Origin: Lama glama
Lineage: Eukaryota
NCBI GenBank assembly: GCA_028534125.1
Contig: CM052816.1
Location: 95,978,001 to 96,042,000 of the forward strand
Reading direction: 5' to 3'
Length of the DNA: 64,000 bases
The position numbers and the translations under genes are program-made. The notes below the pieces were generated by a model. That model had not been told where the DNA came from and did not search any database. It worked only from the letters and a program-made list of their open reading frames with translations. Of this stretch, positions 49,601 to 61,400 are shown in pieces (positions within the stretch are counted from its first letter, which is position 1; the number at the start of each line of letters is the position of its first letter).

Positions 49601-52325
49601 AGAAGAAGAGGGGGGTTTTGGCTTGTTTGCACAGGGGAGCCTGGGCAAGTCTGGATTTCACAAGAGCGTGAAAAGGATGTAAAAACGGGGACCTGAACCT
49701 ATATGAGCAGCATCGGAAAACTTCTGAGACTTGAAATCCTTCTAGAGAGAGGTGGAGAGAATTTTATTTTGAGCAGAGATGGGACCAGGGCAAGCCTGGA
49801 GCCTCTGAGCCGGGAAGGCGCGACTCTGTCTCCTCGGGCCCTTCCCTCCTGCACAGCCTCCATTCACCACCTCCCACCTGGACACCCGCTGAGCCCCTTC
49901 CAGACCTGGAGGAGGGCGGGGCAGCGTCTTGGTCCCATCTAGGTTTGGCTAACTCAGTTTTTCCGGGTGGTTTTGAGTGCTGTCAGATTGGACGATGTGA
50001 TGCCGAGTTGGAAGAGCATCTCTAGAAGCTGACTTCAGGTTCGTGCCCCAGGTCTATTGTCATTTACACCCACCTGGAAGTACAGTGAAGGAAACCTTGT
50101 TGCTGTCCCTCTTGGACACACTCATTTACCTAAGCCTGGGCCCCGAGATTCAGTTATAGGACAGGATGACTGCCCTTGATGGGGGAAGCAGACAGATAAC
50201 AACCAAAGGTGATAGGAGATGACCAGAGACGGGCCCTGGTGTCCTGGTCCCAGAGGAGAGGTGCCTGCATCACGTGGGGACCCAGGGGACATGAGTGGGT
50301 CGCAGAGAGCCAGCTGGGATGCAGGAATGGCTAGTGAGATGATTGGCTTGACTGATGCGGTCGAGCCAACAAGATATACTCTAAAAGGACAAGAAATACA
50401 GAGTTTGGGTTTCAGATTCATAAATAAACTTCATATGTACCACAAGGAGGGGAGTTACTGTCTCAGAAGCCTGTAAAATCAAAAGAAAAAAACAAACTTA
50501 CACCAGTGGTCAGTTTAATACAGTTCGTCCAACAGAGGACAGGCTTGTCTTCTTGAGAGTTAAGGGAAAGGAAACCCAAACCCACCGCTCGGTGGGGGCT
50601 GCGAGGAGGGGCAGGGCAGACAGTCGCCGGGGGTTCGCATGGGTCAGGCTTGGCCCGGGTCACGCTCCCTGCCTTGTCACATGTGCTGGCAGAGCTTGTC
50701 AGTGAAACACCATTTTCTAAAACACCACCTGCATTTCAGACCGGCCCCGTTTCCTTTCCAGTTAGTCCAGCGGAGCAGGGCTGGTGTTGGAGGTGGTGCT
50801 TAGCGATTGACTGAGGTGCCTTTAATGATCAGTAAGCTCTGAAATTTCCCAAGATTATTCAACACTCCTCTCCCAGGTTTGCTGTTTTAGGTCCATGGGG
50901 TCGCTCGTCAAAGTTGGGGAGAGGGGTACAGGTAGAGGGGACACCTTCAAGTCAGACTCCTGGGCTGAAATCTTTAAGGGTGCGTGTCGCAAAGCCAATG
51001 AAGAAAGCGTCTCTGACTCACACCGAGGAGCGTGGCGTCTGCAGCAAGTTTGCTTCAGGATGTGGCCGGCCTTCGGGTTCTGTCTAGCGAATCCGATTTG
51101 GCCCCATCTTCTCCTTAATTGGAGGCTGCAGGATGGACAACACGCCTCCTGACTAATTAAAGGCGGCTGACGGGGTTGTTTTTAAACATCACCGAGGCGT
51201 TGCTGGTTCTTCATGGGGAGGAAATTTCAGTACCCTTTGTGCTGACATGGATGGCATGACTCATCGCCAAACGTAAAGAAGAGAAAATCTTTTTTATTCC
51301 CCAACGTGTGTAAACACTCTAAACACAGCCGTGTTTACAGGAAGGTAAGATGCCATCTGGTTCAATGAGTAGTGGCCTGTTTCTTATTTTTATCCCTCAT
51401 TTGTACTGAGAGGATGACAAATAGCACAGATTTAGATTTTGGGTTATGCAACAGACCCAGGGATTCATACAGCGTTCAGCCTTCTCTGGCCTCAAAACCA
51501 CGAAACCAGTGCATCTCTGAGCGTCTTGGCCACATGCTGTCACGAACACATGAGTTGTCCTCTTTCTCAGTCTTGGTGTCCACCTTTGACAATGGAAGAC
51601 CCAACAGGTCATTGGGACTGGTTTCAGCAGGACTGAAGTCTTTTTACTCTTCAGGCCTTTGGAGAAATGAATGTTCTGAAATGGTTTCAGAGCATTCGCT
51701 GGATGTAAGCCAAAATACACCACCAGAGTTTGACTTTTAAGTCAAAACACAATTTGTTTGGCCCAGATTACTGTACACCATGTAAAACGGCAGCATTAGT
51801 GTCCGGGCGCGTAAGAGAAATGAAGTCAGGGCGAGCCCAGAACTGACGCAGCTCAGCACGCGGACGGGACTGGCCGGCGAGGGGCTGTGCTCATCTGATT
51901 GCCTTTACTGAGTTAAAGGAGAACGTCTTGCCATTTCTTTCTACTGAATCGGACAGGGAGCATCCTTTGTAGCCAGAAACTTCTTTTAAAAAACTTCTAT
52001 CTGCTTTTTTGTTAAGAAAAATATTTTTCTGAGCAATTTACCTTATTGCCATTTCACTGTCAGTTTAATGTGAATTTCAGAGTCTGCCGTCTTTCTGGGG
52101 GTAAATCCCCTCTTCCGGACGCCCGTGTGTCAGACCTCTGTCTGCCTAGGCTCCGCTGCGCTCTGGGCGGGCTTTGGTGTCAGCTGTGCGTTTAATCTGT
52201 GGTAGATATTTTCCTCTTCCCGTGTAATGACCAAAAGGCTGATCTAAGAACCCAAGCCCTTCTGTTTGCCTTAACAGAAGTTAAATGACAGTAGTAACTA
52301 ATTACTTTTTTTAGAGTTAAATCTT

Positions 52326-53017
52326 TTATTTATTTATTTTTATTTTTTAATTTTTGTTTTTTTATTGAAGTATGGCCGGTTTACAGTAGTTCAGTCATGC
52401 ATATACATACATATCTTTGTTTTCATATTCTTTGTCGTTATAGGTGACTACAAGATATTGAATATACTTCCCTGTGCTCTACAGTAGAAACGTGTTTATC
52501 TATTTTATATATAGTAGTCAGTATCTGCAAATCTCAAACTCCCGATTTATCCCTTCCCTTCCCACTTTCTTCCCCTCCTGGTGACCATAAGTTTGTTCTC
52601 TATGCCTGTGAGTCTATTTCTGTTTTGTAAATAAGTTCATTTATCTTTTTTTTAGATTCTGCATGTGAGTGGTATCATATGGCATTTTTCTTTCTCCTTC
52701 TGTCTTACTTCACTTAGAATGACATTCTCCAGGTCCATCCATGTTGCTGCAAATGGCATTATTTTATTACTTTTAATGGCCAAGTATTATTCCATTGTAT
52801 AAATATAACATAGCTTCTTTACCCAGTCATCTGTTGGTGGACATTTAGGCTGTTTCCATGTCTTAGCTATTGTAATTAGTGCTGCTGTGAACACTGGGGT
52901 GCATGTATCTTTTTGAATTAAAGTTCCCTCCGGATTTATGCCCAGGAGTGGGATTGCTGGTTCATATGGTAAGTCTATTTTTAGTGTTTTTGAGGAATCT
53001 CCATACTGTTTTCCACA
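52326..53017 (-). mobile_element. 5'-truncated LINE-1 (ORF2 C-terminus and 3' UTR) with degenerate 17-bp TSD
   Basis: The minus frame reads ...LPYEPAIPLLGINPEGTLIQKDTCTPVFTAALITIAKTWKQPKCPPTDDWVKKLCYIYTME, the L1 ORF2 C-terminus; poly-T start; TSD TTTTAGAGTTAAATCTT (52309-52325) and TCTTGGAATTAAATCTT (53018-53034), 14/17 identical. Confidence 0.95.
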
Positions 53018-54728
53018 TCTTGGAATTAAATCTTGAATTTTGAGCTTGGGTTGAATCCTGAATCTCTGTGTGGCTAAGCTACTGCTTACAGAGTAAGTCT
53101 TGTTGGATACGTTGTTTTGAAGAAGTAGGAATTGAAAGACCACATTTTGTAAAAAGCCTCAGACAGTCTCTTTCTGGGTGCTGAGATTCTAGTCTACAAA
53201 GGACAGATCAATTTAGCTGTCAGAATGAGAGCTGAGAGGCCAATTGGCCATGCAAATTAACCACTTGTGCGAGCGCTTCAAAATTGCCTGCCTGAAAAGT
53301 GAGGCTGCCCTTTGAAAATTTGGCAGAAATAAGAAAGTAGTGACTATTCAGAGACGCTGGTGTCCTTAGAGAGCTGATTTTAGAAATTGCTCATTTTGAG
53401 CTGTTGCTTAGTTTTGGGCAACTCGTTTGCTTGAATAAAGAAGTCATTTTTGCCACTTTCTTTCCCTTTGCTCCCATGCAGCTCAGAACACTTCTCATTG
53501 TCTGCTGTGGGAGGAAAGGAAAAGGAAGTAATTTTTAAACCAGCTTTATTTCAGTGACTCAGGCGGTGTAGTCCTTCCAGGGTCCGCGGTTCCTGCCAGC
53601 TTTAAATACTCACCAAAGGATTATCTGCAGGAAGATGGAATGGAAAACAGTCCCCAAATTTGCTGGGATTAGTCAATGCTCGGAGAAATGAAATCCCCAG
53701 TTGCTGCCTTCTCTTTCCCGTAGGTCTCAGCTTCTATTTCTAAACCATGCGGTTTCACAGTGACCACTGTCTGATGGAGGGAGGGGTCTCGGGGTGGATC
53801 TAGGTGTGACGGCCTCAAGCAGGAGGTGTCCGTCTCTGTCTTGTGCATCTTACTCTTGGGATACGACTTTCAGAGGTGGCTGTTCTTCTGTTCGGGGAGA
53901 TAGAATTTGCCTCTGCTGGTCTCAGAGCCAGGTGACTGCGTCATGAAATGACCCAAACATAAGGTCGTGTGTCCCCACGTGAGGACGTGCTGTCTGTGAA
54001 GCCTCGGCCATCGCTGGGCCTGGTCTCTAGGTGTTCCTGCTTTGGCCCTAAGATCGCCAGAGACTTCAAGAAGGGAAATCGGGACATTTCACCTTGTCTT
54101 TTCTAAATGGAGGTGTGATAATTATCAGAGATTTTTTACTAAAAGGTCTTGATCAGAATATGGCATTATTTGTACGGAACATAATTAGCTGGCTACTAAA
54201 GAGACCATTGCTAATTTGGGGAAAGCCAAAGGGTGAATTCCTTGAGGACTGGACCCTTCCACGCAACCGTGGCACTGTATGTGTCATCCTTTAGTACATC
54301 TTCGATACATCAATACTGTTGGGCTCAACTGTGATGCAGGAGGGTGACTGCCTGCCTGCTTTTGCTGATGAGGAAAGTAAGGCGGAACATTCATTTGCTT
54401 TTTCGGATACAACATTGCTGTGCAGTTACAACTCTCAAGTCTGGTTTTTTAGCTTTTATTCTCCCCATACATCTGCTGTATCACACGTTTGTGTAAGATC
54501 TCTGTCTAAAGCCACAGCTGTTTGCACTGATGCTCTCCCATGGAAATGCTCCTTGATTCAGACACTGTTTGCAAACGAAGAGATGGACCGGGGTCCAGCG
54601 CAGATTCCATTCACCGGCCAGCGCTCGAAGGGAAGGAACACCTTTCAAAAAAAGAGCAAATGCTAAGACTTGGGCCACCATCTCTCATCCTTTTCTAACA
54701 CGGCTCTCAGCGTTTACACATCATCGTG

Positions 54729-54769
54729 CTAACACAACATTGTAAAACAATATACTTCAATTAAAAAAA
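54729..54769 (+). mobile_element. Minimal LINE-1 3' tail
   Basis: 'ctaacacaacattgtaaaacaatatacttcaattaaaaaaa' followed by an A-rich tract. Confidence 0.7.
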
Positions 54770-56399
54770 GACTAAAAGAGAAAAACAGGAAAAGAAAAAT
54801 CTCAAATAATGTTCAGAATTTAGATAGCAATTTTGAACAATTCAACAGACCTATCTTAAAAACAAAGCAGTTTTCAAAATTTGAATCCTGACCCCTGTCT
54901 TGAATGTAAAGTGGTTGTCCCTTATAATTGAGGTGGAGAGGGTGATGAACTTGCCCGGGGGCCCAGCCCCTGACACAGGTGGCATCTGCCAAGGCAGGGA
55001 GTGGAGGGAGGGCTGGTCCCCGCACACCCTGGGATGGCCCCGTCCAGGCGCCTTTACCCCAGGCTGTGTTTGTCACTTCAGGCTTTATGTGCCTCTGGCT
55101 CCACATCTTCATGTTTGTTTTCGTGAATGCTGGATTCTTGCTGAGGAATGTGGGAGCAGCTGGGAGGGAGGCTCTGCCCTCCTCCCTCTTGCCTGGAGCC
55201 CAGCCCACCTGTGGTCCCTCGTGTCCTTGGCCAGCGCCCCTTTTCCGAGCGCCCCTGCTCCTTGTGTACGCACTTCTCTTCCTCCTCCTGCTTTCCTAAG
55301 GGTCTTTCTTTCCTCTTTCCCCGTCCCCCTCTCCTCATTTTTGCCTTCGTGCCTCTTTCTCCCTTCCTGTTGCTGGTACTTTTTTTTTTCTGAATGCCTG
55401 GGGGTTTCTGATGACCCCCAGCCTACAGGATGCTTACTTTCAGGCAGCATCTTTCTTCACCCTCAGTGTCCCCTGTTGATTTCTCTAGGCACCATCCAAC
55501 GAGGCGCAGGTATTCGAAAGGGAACCACAGAGACTGTCAGGGGTGACTTCGTGCAGGGAGAGTGAAGCTAGGGACAGTGTCAGAAAGGGGAGCGGTGTGT
55601 ACAGAGACAGTCAACCCACTTTCTTCGACAACCTGCCCACCTCTGACTTGGCTTCTCCACCACATGAGTGGCTGTGGACCAGTGAGTGGACAACAATATA
55701 CTTTACTTTCTTTGTATCTTAATTCATAGTGAGAGAATGTCTTAAGTTCAGAGACATTCATTCCTCACTGGTACATACTCAGTTTCTAGACTGATGTTTC
55801 TATACGACTAGTGTTTTGCAGAAATGGGCTACGATTTATAGTCTTTAAAAAATATTTTAAAATCTAGAATTCTCCTGTGGCAGCTTCTTCTTGGTGATCT
55901 CTGCCGTATTGATTCTTCCCAGTTCACTCTCATCCTGGGTTTTTACTGAGCTTCCAATGACTCCTCCCTCCTTTGGATGAAGTCACATCTCTTTTTCATG
56001 CTAATTGTCCCTAATTGTTCACTTTTCTAGTCTGTTAGCTCCTTGGCTCTGCTCCTTTAAGCCTTCCTCCCACTTAGCCATGCATGGAGGTGGCCTTTCA
56101 GATGGACGGTCTTGCACGCTCCCCAGCTGGTAAACACAGTCTTGATGCCGCCCTGCCCAGCTCCTCAGCCTCCCACCTGGAACCCATTCTCTAGTTTGCT
56201 CCCATGTTTTCCTCCACAAGCTTGAGCACAAGGCCAGCTTTCCACTTGTAATCCTCACTGCCCTCCAGTCCTTACTCCCCACCTCAACGGAGATGCTTTG
56301 CTTCACCTGTTGCAGGTCAGCCTGCACTCACATAAACTCCTGTGTGCAGTGGCCCCATGGTTGGGGTTTCCATCAGTTCACTCCACCCCAAGTGTGGTA

Positions 56400-56720
56400 T
56401 CAGACATTCATGTTCCAACTGCGTGGCTCTGCCTAAAATGGCTCTTCGTTCCGTCTGAGGATTCTCGGGGAATTCCTGCCCGATCTACCATTTGCTTCAC
56501 TTGTAATGCTCCCCGCTCAAATCCACTTCATCATCTCTTTCAATATCCTGCCCACCCCCCAAAGCCCAGATCACAGTCCTCTTCTTCCAGGAAGCTTTCC
56601 TTGACTCTTTCACCTGGGAGTAACCTCCTTTCCTCCACGTTCATACTGTTTACTGAATTGTGTCGCAGACAGATCATGCAGTGCATGTGTGGGCTCCTGA
56701 GAACATAACCAGTTCTTGCT
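56400..56720 (+). mobile_element. LINE-2 fragment
   Basis: 'aaagcccagatcacagtcctcttcttccaggaagctttccttgact' is a typical L2 block. Confidence 0.5.
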
Positions 56721-59700
56721 TTGTCTCCGAACCACCTGCCACGCCGACCAGGGCGGGATGTGCTGTGTATGGTGGTTTGCTGACTGATCTGCGGATGTTG
56801 GGATGTCTCTCAGGTAAGCCCCACGGATGCCGTCAAACTCTTGCCTCTTGGGAAACCATAGCCCAACAGCTTGTAGGTCTTCTGAGCCTGTGCTCTGTGG
56901 GGTTTCTTTCCATGTCTCCACGAGACATCCTTACGATGCCAGGCGGTTTTGCCCATTTTCATTTTTATTTCTTGTGATGTTAGTGTGGTATGATTTCTAA
57001 ATGAAGCTCTTAAGACTGGCCTGAAGTTTTCATTTCTCTCTTGTATCTGTAGGATAAAGGCCACACTGCTCAGCTGACCTTTGGTTTCTAGGAGAATGTT
57101 TAAATCCACCTTTTTTTTTTTTTTCTCATTCTAAGTAGCCTGGGCAGAGGAGAGTTGCATATTTTATGGAAAAGCATCTTAGTACTAATTGACGTTTAAA
57201 TTTTCTGTGTGCCGTTTGGTTTAGAGACAATGTTAAGAGCCTCTGAAAGGTGGCTATGGGCACAAGTCCTAGGAAAGGTTTATTGTTTGTGAATCAGAAT
57301 AGGGTAGGGCTCATTCTGCACCTGTGTTTCCTCCAGGACGAGGCTCCAGTTGAGAACCAGGAGGCAGAGGACTCAGGCCTCGTTTCTACTGAAGTTGACT
57401 CTAAACTAAAACAGAAAATAATAAGGATGGCATGGAATTGAGTCCAGCGGGGGCATTTATGTATTAATAAAACAAAAGCACTTTCTTATTTAATGGGCTG
57501 TTAAATATCCCCTTTGAAATATTCTGACCTCCCATCTGCGATATTCTTCTGGGGCTTTGTAGGGCCTTTACCTTTAGAATTTTTTCTTAGTTTTCTAGAA
57601 AGTATGGCAGCAACTTATGGTCTAAACAACAGCTAATGTAAGACCTCCCTCGGGGAGGATGGGGGAGCTCGGACTGGACCTGAGGGGCCCGGCGTCTGTG
57701 GCTTCAGCTAAGCGCCCATGCGAGGTCACTGAGCCCACGCCGCTGGGCACACGTGGGTGCCGTGTTGAGCGGGGTGTACTCCCTTACAGGGCGGTGCACC
57801 AACTCAGGCAAGGATTGACCCTGCAGAGGAGTAGGTCCTGATGCCATTTGCTTGGCTGTCATGGGCTGGGGTGGGGGTACAATGTCTTCTTCACCGTTGA
57901 TGTAAGCGTTGTTAAAATCTTTCGGGGTGTAGGTTCCCGAATTCTGCTGTTAGAACTGGTTTCTGGTTTAAATTTCAGATTCTAAAGGGAGTTCTGCTGT
58001 CCCCCAAGCCTTGTGAACTCTGTATGGGTGATCTGTCCCTTGAATGTTGCCTTTTCACAAGGAAGGGGCTCGTTTTAAAGTCTGAAGGCTGGTCTGGCTG
58101 TCCAGGATGCAGGCTGTCCCTGCCTGGATTCAGCAGGGGTGCTCTTTTCCTGCAGTGTTTGTTGTGTGGTTGTGTCAACGATTCTGAATTCTTAAAGTGG
58201 CCTTTTTGGCCTTGGTCTCCTTTGTAGTTTAAGAGGATAGCCATTCTCTGTAGGCCTGACTCTTGCACGTCCTGGCTAAGGGGCCACGTTAGCTAATTCA
58301 TGACCTCACTGAGGGAGGATGGGAGAGCTCAGCCTCCATACCTAATTATCAGCCCTGTTCGTAATTTAATTCTGACACAAAGGAGTCTGTAGGAATTGCC
58401 AGGTATTCATGGCAGTAAACACTGGGTCTGTCCAACTTTATTAGTTAAATTTTAATTAAGAGATAAACAAATCCAAAGAAGTTTTAGTACTAACTGTAAA
58501 ATAGATTCTAGGACTCAAGACAGGAAGTTGTTGCATTCAAATGCGCTGTTTAATAAAGAAGTCCCAACCAACATATTTGTTGCCACACCCGAAGGAGATG
58601 TTATTGGTGTCGTGAGAAAGGAATTGGCCGCTCCTAGGAATTTTTCCTGGGCTGAGTCTGCCTTCTTACCTTGGGGAGAGCTCCCTCACTCCTCTTTTGG
58701 CCTCAAGGATTTGCATCTGCACCTCCTCTTTTCCAAAGGATGAAGTCACAGACTTTCAAAGACTCCGCTGGGACCTCCTTGGGGCTGGCGACTCTGCCGT
58801 GCGTGAGTGCACCTGGGCCGGGGGCTCCTCCCCGGTGATTCTGAATATGCTGTTTTGGGTCGCCCCCTCGCCTCCCATGAACTGCCCAAAGCAGGGAGCC
58901 TCACGGAGAGACGGTGTCACCTAGCCACCGCCCTCTGGCCTCCTTTGAACCTTAGGACTTTCAAAAGCCATTTCAGTAGATAGAAAATTGCATAAATTTC
59001 CAGCTGCTGGAAGTCAGTTTACTTTCCACAGGCAGATGGCTTTTAGATAATTACTAAGTAGATAGTGTGGGAGTCATTGCATAGAGGAAAAGCCAGAATG
59101 TTCTGGAATGTTCTGGGAAGTTCTTCTCCCCCTTTTCTTGTTGTCATGGTTAGCTGCTGCCCAAGTGTTTGTGTTGGGATAGGCAACGTAGTGTGTTTGA
59201 GGTTTACAGCAGCCAGAGTCTGTGGAGTGCAGCGCAGAGAGCAGAAAAACTCTACGAACTAAGACAACGGAAAAAACATGAGCCCAGAGTACAGTATTTG
59301 AAGTAACAGGCATCCTCCACTAGTAATGGACAGATTTCTTTTATGAATGAGAAATGGAAAGTAACCCATTTCTTCCATTTCTGGCATCCGTGGTGCTAGG
59401 GAGGCTGTGTTTTGCAGTAGTCTTTTATCCCTTTATGATACCAAGTTTTCAGGATTTTTAATGTTACATCGAATGAGGAGATTACAAAGCTTTACTTGGT
59501 TTTAGTAAAGTGAGTTTTTTTTTTATGGTCTACGGTTCATTTTTTAAAAATAAAGTCTCAAATTGTGCACCAAATCAATTAATATATAAATAAAAACACA
59601 AGCTCTAATTTCTGGTGTAGTTTGTTCTACACCTTCTGCCTCTGTCCCCTGTCTTTGAAACGCATTACTTAAGGTCCTGTATGTTCCCCAAAGCAGAATG

Positions 59701-60088
59701 AAAGAGCCATCATAAAATGGGTACATTCACATGACCCATCTCTGCTTGATGTGCAGACTGCTTGAGGTCATTCAGGTAGGTTTGAAATGATGGTCCTTCA
59801 GTTGTTTCATGAGATTTGTTTCCATATGTTAATGACATTTGAATGTTTATTTCTTCTTTTCTGAAGAAAGAAGCCCTTTGGTGCACGGGCTGCTAAGCTA
59901 GGGCTGTCATGTTTGTGATTCAGGCTGTTCTGGGTCACTCTGTGCTAAGTCTCATGTTGCTAAAGCAGGTTGTGCTGGTTGTGCAGGCCATTAACGGAAC
60001 TTTCCAGAATCGATGAGGAATGATTACGGCCTCTTTTAAAGTGGGTTAATAGGATCTCTCCCTCTCTCTTTTCTTTTGTTTTTTGCAG

Positions 60089-60181
60089 CTTTGGTGTGTG
60101 AGTTGGGCTGGCTGGCCCAAGAGGCTGCGGGTCCTTCGTGTGATACATGGTCGAGGAAACGCTCCACCCCGTCCCTCCTTG
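60089..60181 (+). other. Candidate 93-nt cassette exon (host gene unknown)
   Basis: About 30-nt polypyrimidine tract plus TGCAG acceptor (AG 60087-60088); donor TTG|GTAAGC at 60182; length is a multiple of 3. Confidence 0.4.
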
Positions 60182-60312
60182 GTAAGCTGGAGACCTAAAT
60201 GGGAAATGAAGAAGCCAATGATTTTCTAGATTGAGCTATTGTGACAGTTTATGAGCATCAGTTATCTCTGCTGTTAGAAATGGTGGTGAAAGAATGAGCA
60301 AGCTTCCAGAAA

Positions 60313-60420
60313 GAGAGGGAGGCACGGAGAAGTTAAGTCATTTGCTCAAGAGCTCACAGTAGTCAAAGGAGGAGCTGGGATTTGAACCCACACCCTTAAC
60401 TCTAACACAATACTACCTTT
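60313..60420 (-). mobile_element. MIR SINE
   Basis: 'gaggcacggagaagttaagtcatttgctcaagagctcacag...gagctgggatttgaaccca'. Confidence 0.8.
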
Positions 60421-60537
60421 TAGCACTAAGAATGCCTTTGGGAATAAGGACAGATACACTTTTATTCCGGACTGGGCAATACTCAGGTCCTTAAAGAAAA
60501 GCTCACCACAAATGGTAAGAAATCAGCAATCTAAATC

Positions 60538-60670
60538 AGGAGGTGGCAGACTTTTTCTGAAAGGGTAGGGTAGTTAATATTTTAGGATTTGCTGGTCATC
60601 GCATTTCTGTTGGACCAACTCGGCTGTGTGTTGTAGCCTAAAGCGGCTGCAGACAACGTATGTGTGAGAG
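60538..60670 (+). mobile_element. MER58A-like hAT-Charlie fragment
   Basis: 'ggcagactttttctgaaaggg...tagttaatattttaggatttgc...gttgtagcctaaagcggctgcagacaacgta'. Confidence 0.8.
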
Positions 60671-60679
60671 AATGGTTAG

Positions 60680-61400
60680 TCCTTATTTTATACTTGTTTA
60701 GCTTCTGAGATTCAGTACTTTCTTACAGATATTTACAGATTTCACTTGTAAGAATATTAACCCTCTGTTGCCATTTTTCTCTACTTTATTTCCCTGTTAA
60801 CTTTATCCTTTTAAATTTAGAAAGTTCATTTTAGTGTCGCCAAATATTTCCTTTGTAATGAGTTCAGCCAATGCTTAAAAATTTAATAAATTTTTAAATT
60901 TACTTTCTTCTGAATATTAAAATTCAAGTCTCCAATTCAGGGAAGAGTTCATTATTTAAGGATAGATATTACTTTTTATAATTTTTCTCATAGTTTTATT
61001 CTGCCTCTCTCTTTCCTCACTGACGAACATCGTCCCCCGATCTTAATCTAATGAAGGTGCTCAATCAGAATACTGTAGGAATGAGGAATCTCCATAACAT
61101 ATTGCTTCATCCTGTAGATAGCGACCAGGTTTACAGTCAGACAACTGAAATTCTTTCATTCTTTTATTTTCCTCTTTTGGTCAGGGAAAGGTTAACTTTT
61201 GCATTTTCAGGTTTTCTACAGCTTCTATATCTTGACAACTGTATTTCGGATTTTTTTAATTTAATAGAACTTAACCAGTTATGTTGAGCAGTATTAAGTC
61301 ATATCATGGTGTATTCATGTTCTGTGGTGTGTCTGGAAGACCAGGGCTGGCTGAATCTCATATATATTGGTTGATATCTTTACTTGTTGAGTTTAGAGCA
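60680..61400 (-). mobile_element. Ancient LINE-1 internal remnant (tentative)
   Basis: Very T-rich sequence with antisense-L1-like phrases ('aatattaaccctctgttgcc', 'aagtctccaattcagg'); too diverged to be sure. Confidence 0.35.

Noticed and set aside
51852..51870. REST/RE1 site (TCAGCACGCGGACGG)
   Set aside because: The half-site spacing is one base short of canonical and both halves have mismatches.
52787..53143. 118-aa ORF as a gene
   Set aside because: It is a LINE-1 ORF2 C-terminal remnant fused by chance to flanking sequence.
54900..55565. Longest ORF (221 aa)
   Set aside because: Low-complexity pyrimidine-rich DNA, non-ATG start, no recognisable domain, and overlapping ORFs in several frames; a compositional artefact.
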